64,000 bases of DNA from Octopus bimaculoides. Its lineage: Eukaryota. How positions within the stretch are numbered: the stretch's first letter is position 1; every line of letters starts with the position of its first letter. Under the pieces are notes generated by a model. It saw only the letters and a list, made by a program, of their open reading frames with translations, did not search any database and had not been told where the DNA came from. The translations under genes were made by a program, and so were the position numbers. Of the stretch, positions 1 through 12,242 are shown in pieces. The stretch is from contig NC_068995.1 in NCBI RefSeq assembly GCF_001194135.2, positions 14,812,426 through 14,876,425 on the forward strand, written 5' to 3'.

Positions 1-983
1 CTTTCTATTGCTATAGAAAATGAATATAGTAGGGTGGATTTTTCTGGATATTACTCTTGAGTTACATTATGAATTACACCAACCATAAGGTTGATGTCAT
101 TCATTCTGCCTTTCTTTTAAATATTTGCACTAAACTATTGTCCTTTACAACCTTACCTAGATCCGGCCTTCCACCCTACCACTTTACTGAAATTTTAATG
201 TTTGACCTCTCACCCTGATACAATACTGACATATCTCTATCATTACTTTTACTTTTATTTCATTTTTATTTCATTCTTATTTTTTTACTCTTTTACCTCT
301 ATCTTATTTTTATTCCTTTCTCCTCTCTTTTATACACTTTCACTCACAAAACCAATTCATGGTATCTCTATCATTACCTTTACTTTTATTTTATTTCTAT
401 TGTTATTATTTTTATCTATATTTTTATTTTTACCCTTTTTGCTACTATCCTATTTTTATTCCTTTCTCCTCTCTCTCTCTCTCATACACTCACTCACAAA
501 ACCCATTCATATCTATCATACTTCCTTGCTCTCTATACACATTTACAATATGAATACATCATTAAAAATATTGCCAAAATAGCGCCTAGACTTACCTAAG
601 GTTTTAACTAAAGACCTGTACCTTCATAGAAGTACCGACCAACATCCATATCCTCCGGAAAAAGATGAGTTGTGAACATTATTCTTCAGCCTATATTCTT
701 CAAACAATCTTTACTCTTTATTCTTCTATATTACTCTTTTATTCTTCTATTTTATTCTTTATAAACTGAATGTTATTCCTTGTAAACTGTAAATTTTCCC
801 TGTCTAAAATATTTATACCTTGGTCTCTGATAACAGAATACTCAGTGCGAAGACATACTAACCTATCATTTGGGTTATCCCAGAAATGGCTGTAAGACTT
901 CAAATTAGCTTTGTCCTAATTAAATTAGGACAAAGCCCTTGAGATACACGTTTTACCTTGGTTTTGATTTTTCCTTTGATATA

Positions 984-1022
<39 letters not shown>

Positions 1023-1447
1023 TGCACACCATACACATATACACACTTAGGCTTCCACACAGTCGCTCTCTATCAAGTTCACTCACAGGTCATCGGTTGG
1101 TCTAGTGCTATACTAGACACTTGCCCAAGGTACCGTACAGTNNNNNNNNNNNNNNNNNNNNNNNNNNNNNNNNNNNNNNNNNNNNNNNNNNNNNNNNNNN
1201 NNNNNNNNNNNNNNNNNNNNNNNNNNNNNNNNNNNNNNNNNNNNNNNNNNNNNNNNNNNNNNNNNNNNNNNNNNNNNNNNNNNNNNNNNNNNNNNNNNNN
1301 NNNNNNNNNNNNNNNNNNNNNNNNNNNNNNNNNNNNNNNNNNNNNNNNNNNNNNNNNNNNNNNNNNNNNNNNNNNNNNNNNNNGAAGTAAATTTTCCAAA
1401 CTGTTATAAATTTCCTAATTCCAAATGGAAACACAAATTTTACTGAC

Positions 1448-1651
1448 CTTTTTCAACCACGCATCATTTAACATGGCATTGGTAGTAAGGATTTTGTAAT
1501 TGAGGGAGTTTGATTCCATATTACAGTCTCCGCCAACAAAGACAGCATCACATTTCTCTGAAGTCTGTTTTATAAACTGGCTAAGTTGAAATGACTGTAT
1601 CAAACGATGAGTGAAATATTCGTCATTATCTTTATTATACTCTGCATGGAT
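1448..1651 (-). CDS. SMPD2: SMPD2-A exon 5
   Basis: 204 nt, IHAEYNKDNDEYFTHRLIQSFQLSQFIKQTSEKCDAVFVGGDCNMES...DAWLKK, donor GTCAGT. Confidence 0.95.
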
Positions 1652-2624
1652 CTGGAACGAAATAGAAAGAGCTTAAACAGCATATTTATTTAAAAAATGA
1701 TTATTATAATTATTATACATTTCACTTCCCAGAGTCCTCAATTTCACTTGGTCCAGCTAATTCTGTAAGAGTTGACAAACAACCTTCTGCCAAGAGGCCG
1801 ATTAGATGTAAACAAAGCCATGTGCTTCAATTGACAGTAATTCACATTACAACGAAATATAGCCAAAATAAAAACTTGATCTTTGGTTCTGCTTTTATCA
1901 CATTCCTGACAATAATGTCTGTTCATTTCCTTCAGGTATTTTGCTAATTGCAAATAAACATTTCTTTTCTTATCACAATACAATGTCAACATGGCAGATA
2001 ATGCATGTGAGAGAACTCAGAGGGTTGAGCAGGTAAGGGCAACGTTTTCCAAGAAGCAGGCTGCATGAAACATGATTCATTACAAGGTGAACCATACTAC
2101 TAAAAAAAATACAAAGTAATTTTTCATTTAGGCATGTCATTCAGAAAATCCTGCAGACCATAGCTTACCTATGATTGATGTAGGGTTTCTGAACAAGCAC
2201 TACAGAAATTAAACAAAACCAACAACAACAGCAACACACATGATGTGGCTTCTTCCCCCTCTCCATACTTCCTCGCCTCCTGTATAGGAATGAGATGAGT
2301 GCAAATCACTTTTTGGACACTGCCAATTGGACACAGCTAACTGGGTGTTAAATTTGCTTTGGTGAGAGTACTTTTTGGCACTGGAGGCAAACAGACATAC
2401 ACAAACACATCGAAAAATATATACATACAGAAATAGAGAGATACATTACAATTTATTAAATTAAGCACAGGTCTGGCTGTGTGGTAAGATGTGTGCTTTC
2501 CAGCCACATGGTTCTGGGTTCAATCCCACTGCATGGCACCTTCAGCAGGTGTCTTTTGCTATAGCCTTGTATAGATCAATGCCCTGGGAGTGATTTCAGT
2601 AGATGGAAACTGAAAAGATCCTAT

Positions 2625-2664
<40 letters not shown>

Positions 2665-3222
2665 CATATGTATGTATGTATGTATTATGTATGTAAGTGT
2701 GTGCGTGTGTTGTGTTCTTGTGCAAGACACTTTATTTCATGTTGCTCCAGTTCACTAAACTGTAGAAATGAGTTGTGACATCACTGGGACCAAGCTGTAT
2801 CGACCTTTGCCTTTCTCTTAGATAACATCACTGGCATGGAGACGGGAAGCTGGTATGCATGAGTGACTGCTGGTCTTCCATAAACAACCTTTCCCGGACT
2901 TGTACCTCAGGGGGGAACTTGTTAGGTGCAATCCCATGATCATTTATAAATGAAGGGGGTCTTTCCTTCCTATCAAACAAGTAGTGTCATTCATTTTTAA
3001 TATTCTGCAAGAACATGTCTGGCCATGGGGAAATATTAAGCTGTTTCGAAACAGGTGAGGGTTGGTGACAGGAAGGGCATCCAGCCATAGAAAAATCTGC
3101 CTCAATAAAGCCCCATCCAACCCCATGCAAGCATGGAAAAGTGGACACTAAAATGGATGATGATGATGATAGAATATGATTGATATAATCACATTCCTCT
3201 CTACTCACACACATAAACAGTG

Positions 3223-3274
<52 letters not shown>

Positions 3275-3344
3275 NNNNNNNNNNNNNNNNNNNNNNNNNN
3301 NNNNNNNNNNNNNNNNNNNNNNNNNNNNNNNNNNNNNNNNNNNN

Positions 3345-3411
<67 letters not shown>

Positions 3412-6400
3412 CATTAAAACTTCTGATGCCAAATAAGTCAACATCACATCAGTAATGTTAAATAGGTGGCACCAGAACAGCTGTGCCGAAACATCTCATA
3501 CCCATCCAGTATCAAAACTACTTTCCTCCCAAAAGTTATTGAAATGCTGTCTTTTCTCTTGTAATCAAACCACAAAATTGTTTTAAGAAAGAAAAAAAAA
3601 CACAAAACATAAAGTGCTGAAAGTTTCAGCCAGACTTACATGTGTTATGTAGATGTTGATCTTGAAGCCATTGGCTTCAACTTTGATAAGACCAACTCCT
3701 TTGCCAGCAAACCAGTCACCATGCTGTAACTTATGTGCATAGCCATTTAGACGAAAATTGAAATAGAGAACATCGTTGATTTGGTATTTTGTGAAGACAC
3801 ACATACCACTGCCAAAACTGCCACTGTATAAATTATATAAAGCAAAATGATGATGATGATAATAATAATAGTAATAATAATAATGATAATAATAATAATA
3901 ATGATAATAATAATAATAATGATAATAATAATAATAATAATAATAATCATAATAATAATAATAATAATAATAATAATTGTCCTGATCCAGTACCAGGCAG
4001 TGGATCTCATGGCTTCTGACCATAACTGATTGGAAGTGTTATCATGTACATTGTTTTGTTTTGGTATAAAAGATGGGCTACAGCTGATATTCTTCTCATT
4101 ACCACAATACCAAAGATGGGCTACAGCAAATATTCTGCTCAATACTGTAGATTAATCTGCTCAATACCATAGGTTAAGGTCAGTTGAGTATGTCTCTTAG
4201 TGGCTGATGATATGCGCATCTCTGATCACGAGCAGAAGTAGTTGGGGAGCATCATAGCCATGTATTGAGAGGAATCCTTTGGTTTTGAATAATTCACCTC
4301 TGGAAACATGGGTGTTTCTCTCAACATCCGTAAACAAAGTAGTTGACCATTAAATGGTTTTAATATATTTTACAGAAAAAGCAAGCATTACACCGTCCAG
4401 CAAGCCCATTAAATGAGTCAACTTCCGGTACAAATGTTTACGTTTTGTACATCTTTTTTCAGCAAACAAAATTTCAAAAAAATTCTGGAAACAAACTACA
4501 CAAGTAATTAATGCACACACTAAAGTTTATTTTTATTTTTGCAAAAAAAAAGTGCATAAATTACATGGGTTTTTACGGTAAGTGGACATATGTGGCTTAG
4601 TGGTTAAGGATGTTGCACTCATGATTGTAAGATTGTGGTTTTGATTCTTGGACCAGGCAATGCATTGGATTCTTGAGCAAAACATTTCATTTCACATTGT
4701 TTCAATCAACACTGCAAGCAAAAATGAATAATCCTGCAATGGACTAGTGACCTGTCCGGAAAGAAATATACCACAGAATCCAGGAAACCAGCCTAATGAG
4801 TTTCTGGCTTGGGGTGAACCTTTGATCCTTTTTGCTTTTGGACAAATGACAAATATTATACCAAATGGATTTATGTTCACCTGGCTCCCTAGGAAATATA
4901 AACAAGCTGACATGAGCTCTCCATATAACTGCTTGTATAATGTAATCGATTTTGTAGGTTTGTGCTAACAGATTGATATTTTGACTTGGTTTCAGTATTT
5001 TTATTATGTGAAACAAATACATGGAGATGCATGGCTTAGTGGTTAAGAACATTGCACACATGATTGTAAGATTGTGGATTCACTTCCTGGATTAGGCAAT
5101 TCATTGCATTCTTGAGCAAAACATTTCATTTCACATTGATCCTCCCATTTAGGAGGGAATATGTATAGCACAGAAACTGAGAAATCAGCCTAATGAGATT
5201 CCTATTTTATGCTACTGAACCCCCATAGCCATTCAATGTTTAAAATTACGGTCAAATTGAAAAAGAGGTTTTAGTAATTATGTTTGCCATAAGAAAATTT
5301 CACAGATTCTTAGAGAGTAGAAGTTTTCGACTGCAGAGTGACCATCAGACCATCATCTGTTATTATCTATATATGGGTAGAAGAAAGGGATCCTTACCCA
5401 CACTACTATTAGATTGCAATGCTGGGGTACTGTATTACTAAATTACAATTTTAAGATGGAGTTTATACTGTTTAAGAAATTAGGACATGCTGATTGTTTA
5501 TCAAGATTGACACCAAAAAATACTGAACTGTTTGAGGATATCTTGATTGCAGTGTTGCAAGCAGAAAAAGAAATTTAAAATATATGTACTACTCGAATCT
5601 AGGTACAATACTCAGTATTCACTGTTCAACCACCAACTGTTCAACTAAAATGGTAAACCAACATGGCCGATCTAACACCGTCAACTGTCTGCTGACAGTT
5701 CTCTCAGTTCTTATTTATTGTAATCGGTTAATCCACCTTCAGCCATGTGGGGGGTGTTCAGGATACTCCCATAACAAAAATGGTTGAGAAACATGAGACT
5801 GACTAGATGGTCAAGTCACTTGGTTTAACACTACCACCTCCAGATGAGGATAGATTCCTCCTTCCCTCCTACAAGAGCTATAAAAGGACCATGGTCACTG
5901 CCTTCCCTCCACATCAAACAACAAAAACAAAACTACTTCCTTACCTGTAAAAATAGTGGGAATATGGTAATTTATTTGAAATAATTAACTGTAAATATTC
6001 AAAGTCAGACGTGCACCAAATCTGCAAGAAACAAACATTGTTAAACTAGAATTCATTGAAAGAATTGTCAGAAATTGAAAGAAAAATTAGAAAATATTTA
6101 CTTTATTTGCATATAAAACGATTTAAATGTTGTTGTTGTTGAGCTTAATTTTTTCTCATGGAGGGAGAGCCATGAGGATTGAAAAGTAAGAAGATAATGA
6201 CCAGTAAGCGATCAATAAGTGTTATTTCCTATTTGCTTCTATTTAGAAATCGAAGGAAATGACTACTATTCCCTTCAAACTTTGCTTTGCTTTTGTGCAC
6301 TGGACATCAGTGTTTTGAAACTGACCTATTTTCTGTTACACTTCAGACAAATTCAGTGTTGAGTTTTTGAAGCAGAAATATTGTCGTAGCAAATATTCTG

Positions 6401-7966
6401 CTCAATACCACAGATTTGTTTGTCAGTTGCTTGACCTTAACCACTTGAACATGTTTCTTAGTGGCTGACAACATGTGCATCTCTGATCATGAACAGGAGC
6501 AGTCGGAGAGTACCATAGCCATGTGTTAAGAGGGATTCTTTGGTGCTTTGAATAAATGTAACAAAAGCAAAGTTTGAAGAAAATATTAGCCATTTTTCAT
6601 ACTTTCTAGGGGTAAACAAATAGGCAATTACAGTTGCTACCACCCAAAGATAAAAATCATGTTACATTGTGTAATAGAGTAGAATACAATGTGAAAGTTA
6701 TTTGGCTGCTATTTCTAACAGGCCAAGTGACTTCATAGAATTTCTTTCCTGACTCATTGAATTTTGTGTTCATGCAATGTGATATGAATAAGGAATATGA
6801 CAGGGTTTGAAATCATCTTTAGATTGTCTTTGTCATGTATAAGACGGGAGCCATATTGTGTCGTTAGAAAGTGTTTCATGTACAAGGAAACAAGACAGTG
6901 CAGGGGTGATGCTCAGGTGAGGAGGGACTGGGAGAAGTGATTTGTGTTTGTGCAGGGCCTGGTGTTAGCTGAGGCTCAGTTGGCTAAAACAGCTATGGTG
7001 ACCTGCAAGCGGAAGGTTTTACATTGGAGTGGCCTTCTTGTCAGTGAATTGCCTTACAAGGCTGGAGAGCTCTACCTAACCTGGAGTTGACAGAAGAGTG
7101 TGGAAGAGAGCACTGAACTGCTTGAGAGACTCCACTGCTTGATTAGCTGTTGAGGTTGACTCCTCTAGTCTTTTCCTTTTCCATGACACTCACAAGGCAG
7201 TGATGACTTGTGCTTGGTGCTTCTTCCGTAACATGCTTATTAGCCCATAGCTAGGACTCTGACAGGTACTACTATTTCAGGTCAATGTAGACCTGGGGGA
7301 AATAGTGGCTAAGATGTAGATCCACGCACCTCAAATCCCTGGAACTTGTGGACCTGAGCCCCACTACTAGATGTAGTTTGAAGTCATACCCAAAAGCTTT
7401 GGGTCTAAAGAGTGGAATCGGATTACATGAACTGATCCTCACTTTAAAATTACTAAGTGCAGGCAGGAGGAAAAGCCCAACAGTATTAAAGATTGGTTTA
7501 CATAACCACTTGAGGGAACGCCATTCTCCCTTATGATCTTCAGACAAAGAAACTGATTTCTGAGCTACACATCCCACCAAGGAATGTTATTCTAGAGATC
7601 CTTCAGAGGAATCCCATTTTGGCCACTAGTATTTCTGATTAAATTCTTTTAGTCATTACCTACCATTCACGATCATAGCTGAGGACAGATATGAAAACTA
7701 AATTGAGGATAGTATAGTTTTACTTTTTTACCAACTTCTCTTTATACCACAAAAAATTAAAATTATTACAAAAAAATAATGAAATCATATGTTGTAAGTG
7801 TAAGGAATACCTCTTGGAGTAAAATGATATCATATTCACTTTCTGACAGGGCTTTCGCAAGGCTTTTAATCCTAAACTCCTTGTCCTTACACATCCATGG
7901 GAAGGGGAAGGCCCTGGAAAATAAAAGCAAAGAGAAGAAATTAAGGTCAAACTAAGGTTATTATTA

Positions 7967-8000
<34 letters not shown>

Positions 8001-10826
8001 GGTGAAATCAATAGCAAAGCAAATCGTGAGCTGGCAGAATTGTTAGCACTCTAGATGAAATGCTTAGCGGTATTTCACCCATCATTACATACTGAGTTCA
8101 AATTCTGGTGAGGTCGACTTTGTCTTTCATCCTTTCAGGGTTGATAAATTAAATACCAGTGAAACACTGGGGCTCAATGTAATCGACTAGTCCCCTCCCC
8201 AAAATTTCAAGTCTTGTACCTTCAGTAGAAAGGATCATCATCACCACGTAATGGATAAAAATAGCACAAACATCATTCTGTTAGAAGATAAGATTTAATT
8301 TGAAGACAAAATATAATTGTTACCATGTTTCTGTCTTTAAATCATTTGGAAATTTGTGTTTCTTATTATTAGAAATGGATAAAGCGACTTATGGTGATCC
8401 TTGTACATATATGTTAATGCAATTGAAATAAATTTATCAGATTTATGAGGTGAGATCTAAAATAAAGATACAATTTTCTCTGTACATATCTTTTTCTTTT
8501 TTTTTGTTCTTAACCCTTTCGTTACCAACCTGTAGTACAAATGTCTTGTTTTCATAAGTTTTGAATCAAAATCTTCCACCAAACCTTAGTCATAATTTAT
8601 GTTCCTAACACTAGCTGAATGATAACTAAGTTATTTTACTAAATTCTTTGTTATATTTTAAATTAATTGAAAGAAATACAGAGCATCTCAAAATAAATAC
8701 AGTAACGAAAGGGTTAAATACTCTGAATTTCTTGAAAGTCTGCAAAAGGATTGTTGGATTCACCTGTCATGCATGGGGAGCTCCTTTATAGGATCCAGTT
8801 AGCTCTGATGATGTCTTGAGCTAACTGGATCCTATAAAGGAGCTGTTGTGGTAGCAGACCACGAAACATGGTTGAAATTCCTCTGAGGTGAGATCTAAAA
8901 TAAAGATACAATTTTCTCTGTACATATCTTTTTTTTTTTGTTCTTAAATACTCTGAATTTCTTGAAAGTCTGCAAAAGGATTGTTAGATTTACCTGTCAT
9001 GCCTGGGGATTTACCTGGGATATGTATTCTACTACATTTATTGGTATCTGATTGTTGAAGATTTATAATCAAATTCTTTTAATACTGAGTGCTAAAGCAA
9101 CATTTGCTTTGAAGTCAGTAGAAAGTGAAAAAGACTAGCAGGCACGCAAGCGCACACACTCACATACGCATCCATTGACTATCTTATTCCTGACTTGAAT
9201 AGTGAAATACATTCACACAATGTATGTTTGTATGTATGATTTATGTGTGAATATGTATATAAACATAATGGTTGTGGGTGGGGGCGAACGCGCCCATCTC
9301 TTTCATTTTCCACTGACTTCTAGGCAAATGTTGCTTTCGCCACATCATGAAAACAAAAGTAAATAAATAAATCTGACGTAAATTAACGAACAACCAGCTG
9401 TAAACATTGACTAATCTGAGACCAAAAACGATTGCTTACCAATAAATTATCTTTTACATACCTTTCTTAAATCACTCTGTCGCCCTAATGAAATTCCTTA
9501 CAAGCATGCATGCATGCACACACACACACACACACACTGAGTGTGAGCAATATACTATCACAGAGTGTAAGAAAATTTCACCATGAGAAAATGAAAAGGA
9601 TAAACAAAAAGAAAAAGAAAAAAAATTTTTTTCTATTGCTGTCACAGATTAAAAAAATTTTAAATGAAGTGAAACTTTTCAAATTTTGTATATTAATGTA
9701 CTTTTTCATGCTGAATGCAGTAAATTTTTATAAAAATGTTACAAAGGTTTAAAGTTTTATTTTTACTCAATCGGAAAACGCGATTTGTACGTGACAGCTG
9801 TCATAAAATGGAAGTAAACATTAGAAATCGATGTTTTAAACAAAATGAAAGTAATGTTTTGGTTAATATAATCACGGATAAACGAAAAAAATTAAGGGAT
9901 GGTCACGGTTGGAAATGCTTTTAATCATATGCCAGCAGGATAAATGCTAACGTACCGCTGAATGAAACAAATACTAGCTGAAATGAAAATTGGATGAGCT
10001 GTGTACGCTGTCGTCTTCTCTTCTTTTCGTATGAATGAAACGTTGATATATGACTAGAAATGTCAAACTGGGATTGTTGACAACAATAACATACATTTAA
10101 GATAACATAGTTAAGCCAACACAGATTCAAGCCTCTATGTGGTCGTACAGCCAGATTTTCCTTAAACCATACCCTGGGGGTGGGGGGCGTAGGGGCGGTC
10201 TGCCCCTGGCGGCACTTTTGGGTCTGCTGTAGGCAATATGTGTTTTTTTGCGGGGCGACAAACGGTAGGAGCACCCCGAGCTGCACACACTCTAGCTACG
10301 CTAGTGGGCATTCTGCATTATGAAGTCTAAACAAGTTCAAACAACAATGAAAAGATTTTTTAAATAGATGGTCACGGCTGGAATGGCTCTGATCGTACTC
10401 TTAGATCAGTAGCTAACCAGGACAATGTTCGATTGCTGAAAATAGCAGTCAAATCTTCTTCGAGACACAATCAGCTGTCTTAAAAACAGAACACATTATA
10501 GTTCCTGGTGAACGAAAAGATAGGATCATCACGATTGGAACGCATTTGATCGTAAATCCAGCAAGTTTAGTTACTTGGGGGGTAGATAAACTACGTTAAT
10601 ACGGTTTCTTTCGCTGCTATGATGAATCAAAATCAAAAACACACACATATAGACCACACGTACGCGAAAGTTTCTTTTTCAAATTATTTAACTAATTCAA
10701 TTATTAACTTGATAAGATATTTAATTATTTATAATAGGTTATCAAAATACATTTTTTTAAAATAAGTATAAATAAATGAACGAATATTTACCAGCAATTC
10801 AAAGTGAGGATTTTGAGTGAAAACAT
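1448..10826 (-). CDS. SMPD2: Neutral sphingomyelinase 1 (SMPD2-like), paralog A; exons 1-5 (3' exons outside window)
   Basis: Exons 10792-10826, 7811-7913, 5945-6021, 3640-3823 and 1448-1651 splice GT-AG in frame with no stops. Translation: MFSLKILTLNCW-AFPFPWMCKDKEFRIKSLAKALSESEYDIILLQE-IWCTSDF...-SGSFGSGMCVFTKY...HGDWFAGKGVG...ITH-IHAEY...GGDCN. Confidence 0.93.
3640..3823 (-). CDS. SMPD2: SMPD2-A exon 4
   Basis: 184 nt, GSFGSGMCVFTKY...LNGYAHKLQHGDWFAGKGVG...IYITH (P-loop-like and HGDW motifs), donor GTAAGT. Confidence 0.95.
5945..6021 (-). CDS. SMPD2: SMPD2-A exon 3
   Basis: 77 nt, IWCTSDFEYLQLIISNKLPYSHYFY, donor GTAAGG. Confidence 0.92.
7811..7913 (-). CDS. SMPD2: SMPD2-A exon 2
   Basis: 103 nt, AG/GT bounded, ends in DIILLQE (Mg-binding Glu). 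Confidence 0.92.
8020..8235 (+). mobile_element. SINE-like repeat, family 3
   Basis: GAGCTGGCAGAAT...GAGTTCAAATTC...GAGGTCGACTTTG motif. Copies at about 18290, 20470, 26500(-), 27290, 32550(-), 39410, 51620(-) and 60640(-). Confidence 0.75.
8514..8713. mobile_element. piggyBac-type MITE (200 bp) with TTAA target duplication
   Basis: TTAA-CCCTTTCGTTAC ... GTAACGAAAGGG-TTAA. The empty site (GTTCTTAAATACTC) is visible in the duplicate at about 8940-8953. Confidence 0.88.
10792..10826 (-). CDS. SMPD2: SMPD2-A coding exon 1 (MFSLKILTLNC-W)
   Basis: ATG at 10826, 35 nt, donor GTAAAT. Carries the conserved LNCW metal-site Asn. Confidence 0.88.
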
Positions 10827-11050
10827 CGGGCAAAATTATTTGTGACTTAACGACAGTAAATGGAGCAACACTGACGGCTATTTCCTGTTGCTTATGCGAG
10901 ATAGACTGACTTTCCTTTTGTTCTTTTGTTGTTGTTTTTAAGCAAGCCCACGCCCTCGCAAATAAGTCCCTACCACTATGGTCTTATGAAGAACTTGAAG
11001 ATCTCTACGGTTGTATGATGTATCAAATTTAGTTCAAGGTTATATATATA

Positions 11051-11964
11051 TGTTGGACCATCCCATAAATAATGTGTGTTTTTTCCAATTGCATGAACTA
11101 AAAGTCGGAAGGGGGCGGGATAAACTACCTGTATCAACTTGCTATAAAAGCAGGTAGTAAGTTTATCTTGTACTTATTCATAGAGCAAGTTTTGAAGAGT
11201 ACAGTTCGACTTTAACAGTTATTTTTTCAAAGCTATAATGGAAGTGACAAAGGAGCATATTCGGCATATTTTGCTTTATGAGTTCGATAAAGGGAACAAC
11301 GCAACGGAAAGTGCGAGGAGTATTAATGTAATATATGGGGATCGGACAATAAGCGTAAGTCAGGGTCGACGGTGGTTCCAGAAATTCCGAGACGGAAACT
11401 ACAGCCTAGAAGACAAGCCTCGTCCTGTAAGCTCTGTAGAGCTCGACGAGAACATCCTGCAAACCCTGGTGGAACAAAATCCAATCGTAACTGTTGAGGA
11501 ACTAGCAGAGAAGCTTGGACTTGGTCATTCAACCATTCAGCGACACCTACTTGCCATCAGAATACGATCATCTTTGGTTTGTAGATGAAAGGTGTTCTTC
11601 CATCAGGATAATGCTCGGCCACATACAGCGAGGATGACATTCCAGAGGTTGGAACAATTTGAATGGGAAACGATGCTCCATCCACCATATTTGTCAGGCA
11701 TTGCTCCATCTAACTCTTCATTTATTTCAGTTTTCAAAATCAATTGAACGGAAAAAATATGAATTCTGTAGACGCGGTCAGAACAGCGCTGGAGGAGTTT
11801 TTACGTCACGGACAAGTGAATTTTGGAAAAGGGGCTTTGCAAGTCTACCAGTTTGATGGGAGAGCATTGTAGAAAATGAAGGAGAGTATATTTTAGATTT
11901 AAAAAGAAATTTTGAAAGATAAAAGGAGTATAAAAAACCACATTATTTATAGGCTGACCTAATA
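11051..11964 (+). mobile_element. Mariner DNA transposon, internally deleted, decayed
   Basis: TIRs TTGGACCATCCCATAAATAATG / CATTATTTATAGGCTGACCTAA in a TA context. ORF 11238 MEVTKEHIRHILLYEF (mariner HTH), with HQDNARPH and the C-terminal ENEGEYILD. Lacks about 370 bp present in the 52832 copy. Confidence 0.92.
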
Positions 11965-12198
11965 AGTACGGATAAACATCATCGTATATGCTCCTTCTCC
12001 ACTTAATCTATACAAACGACTAACCAAATTTACATTTATAGTCAATACTAACTAACGTCAATAGTATTTTTCTTTTAATTCAAAGTTCTAAATGAACCTG
12101 TTTGTTCGCGTATAAAACTATTAATAATTGCCGGAAGCATTAAGAAAAATAAACGATATCTATTATCAAATATTGTTTTGTTAACATTGTTCATAGTT

Positions 12199-12242
<44 letters not shown>

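Noticed and set aside
540-900. Possible Penelope 3' end with degenerate ribozyme (CTGATAA...CGAAG at 827-856)
   Set aside because: Core and stems are too degenerate to support a call.
3468-3495. GGCAC...GTGCC-GAAAC hairpin resembling hammerhead stem II
   Set aside because: No CUGAnGA core upstream; at best a dead relic.
7272-7580. ORF conserved with 36456-36767 as a possible nested gene
   Set aside because: The similarity is explained by the recent inverted intron block. No domain is recognisable and the starts differ.
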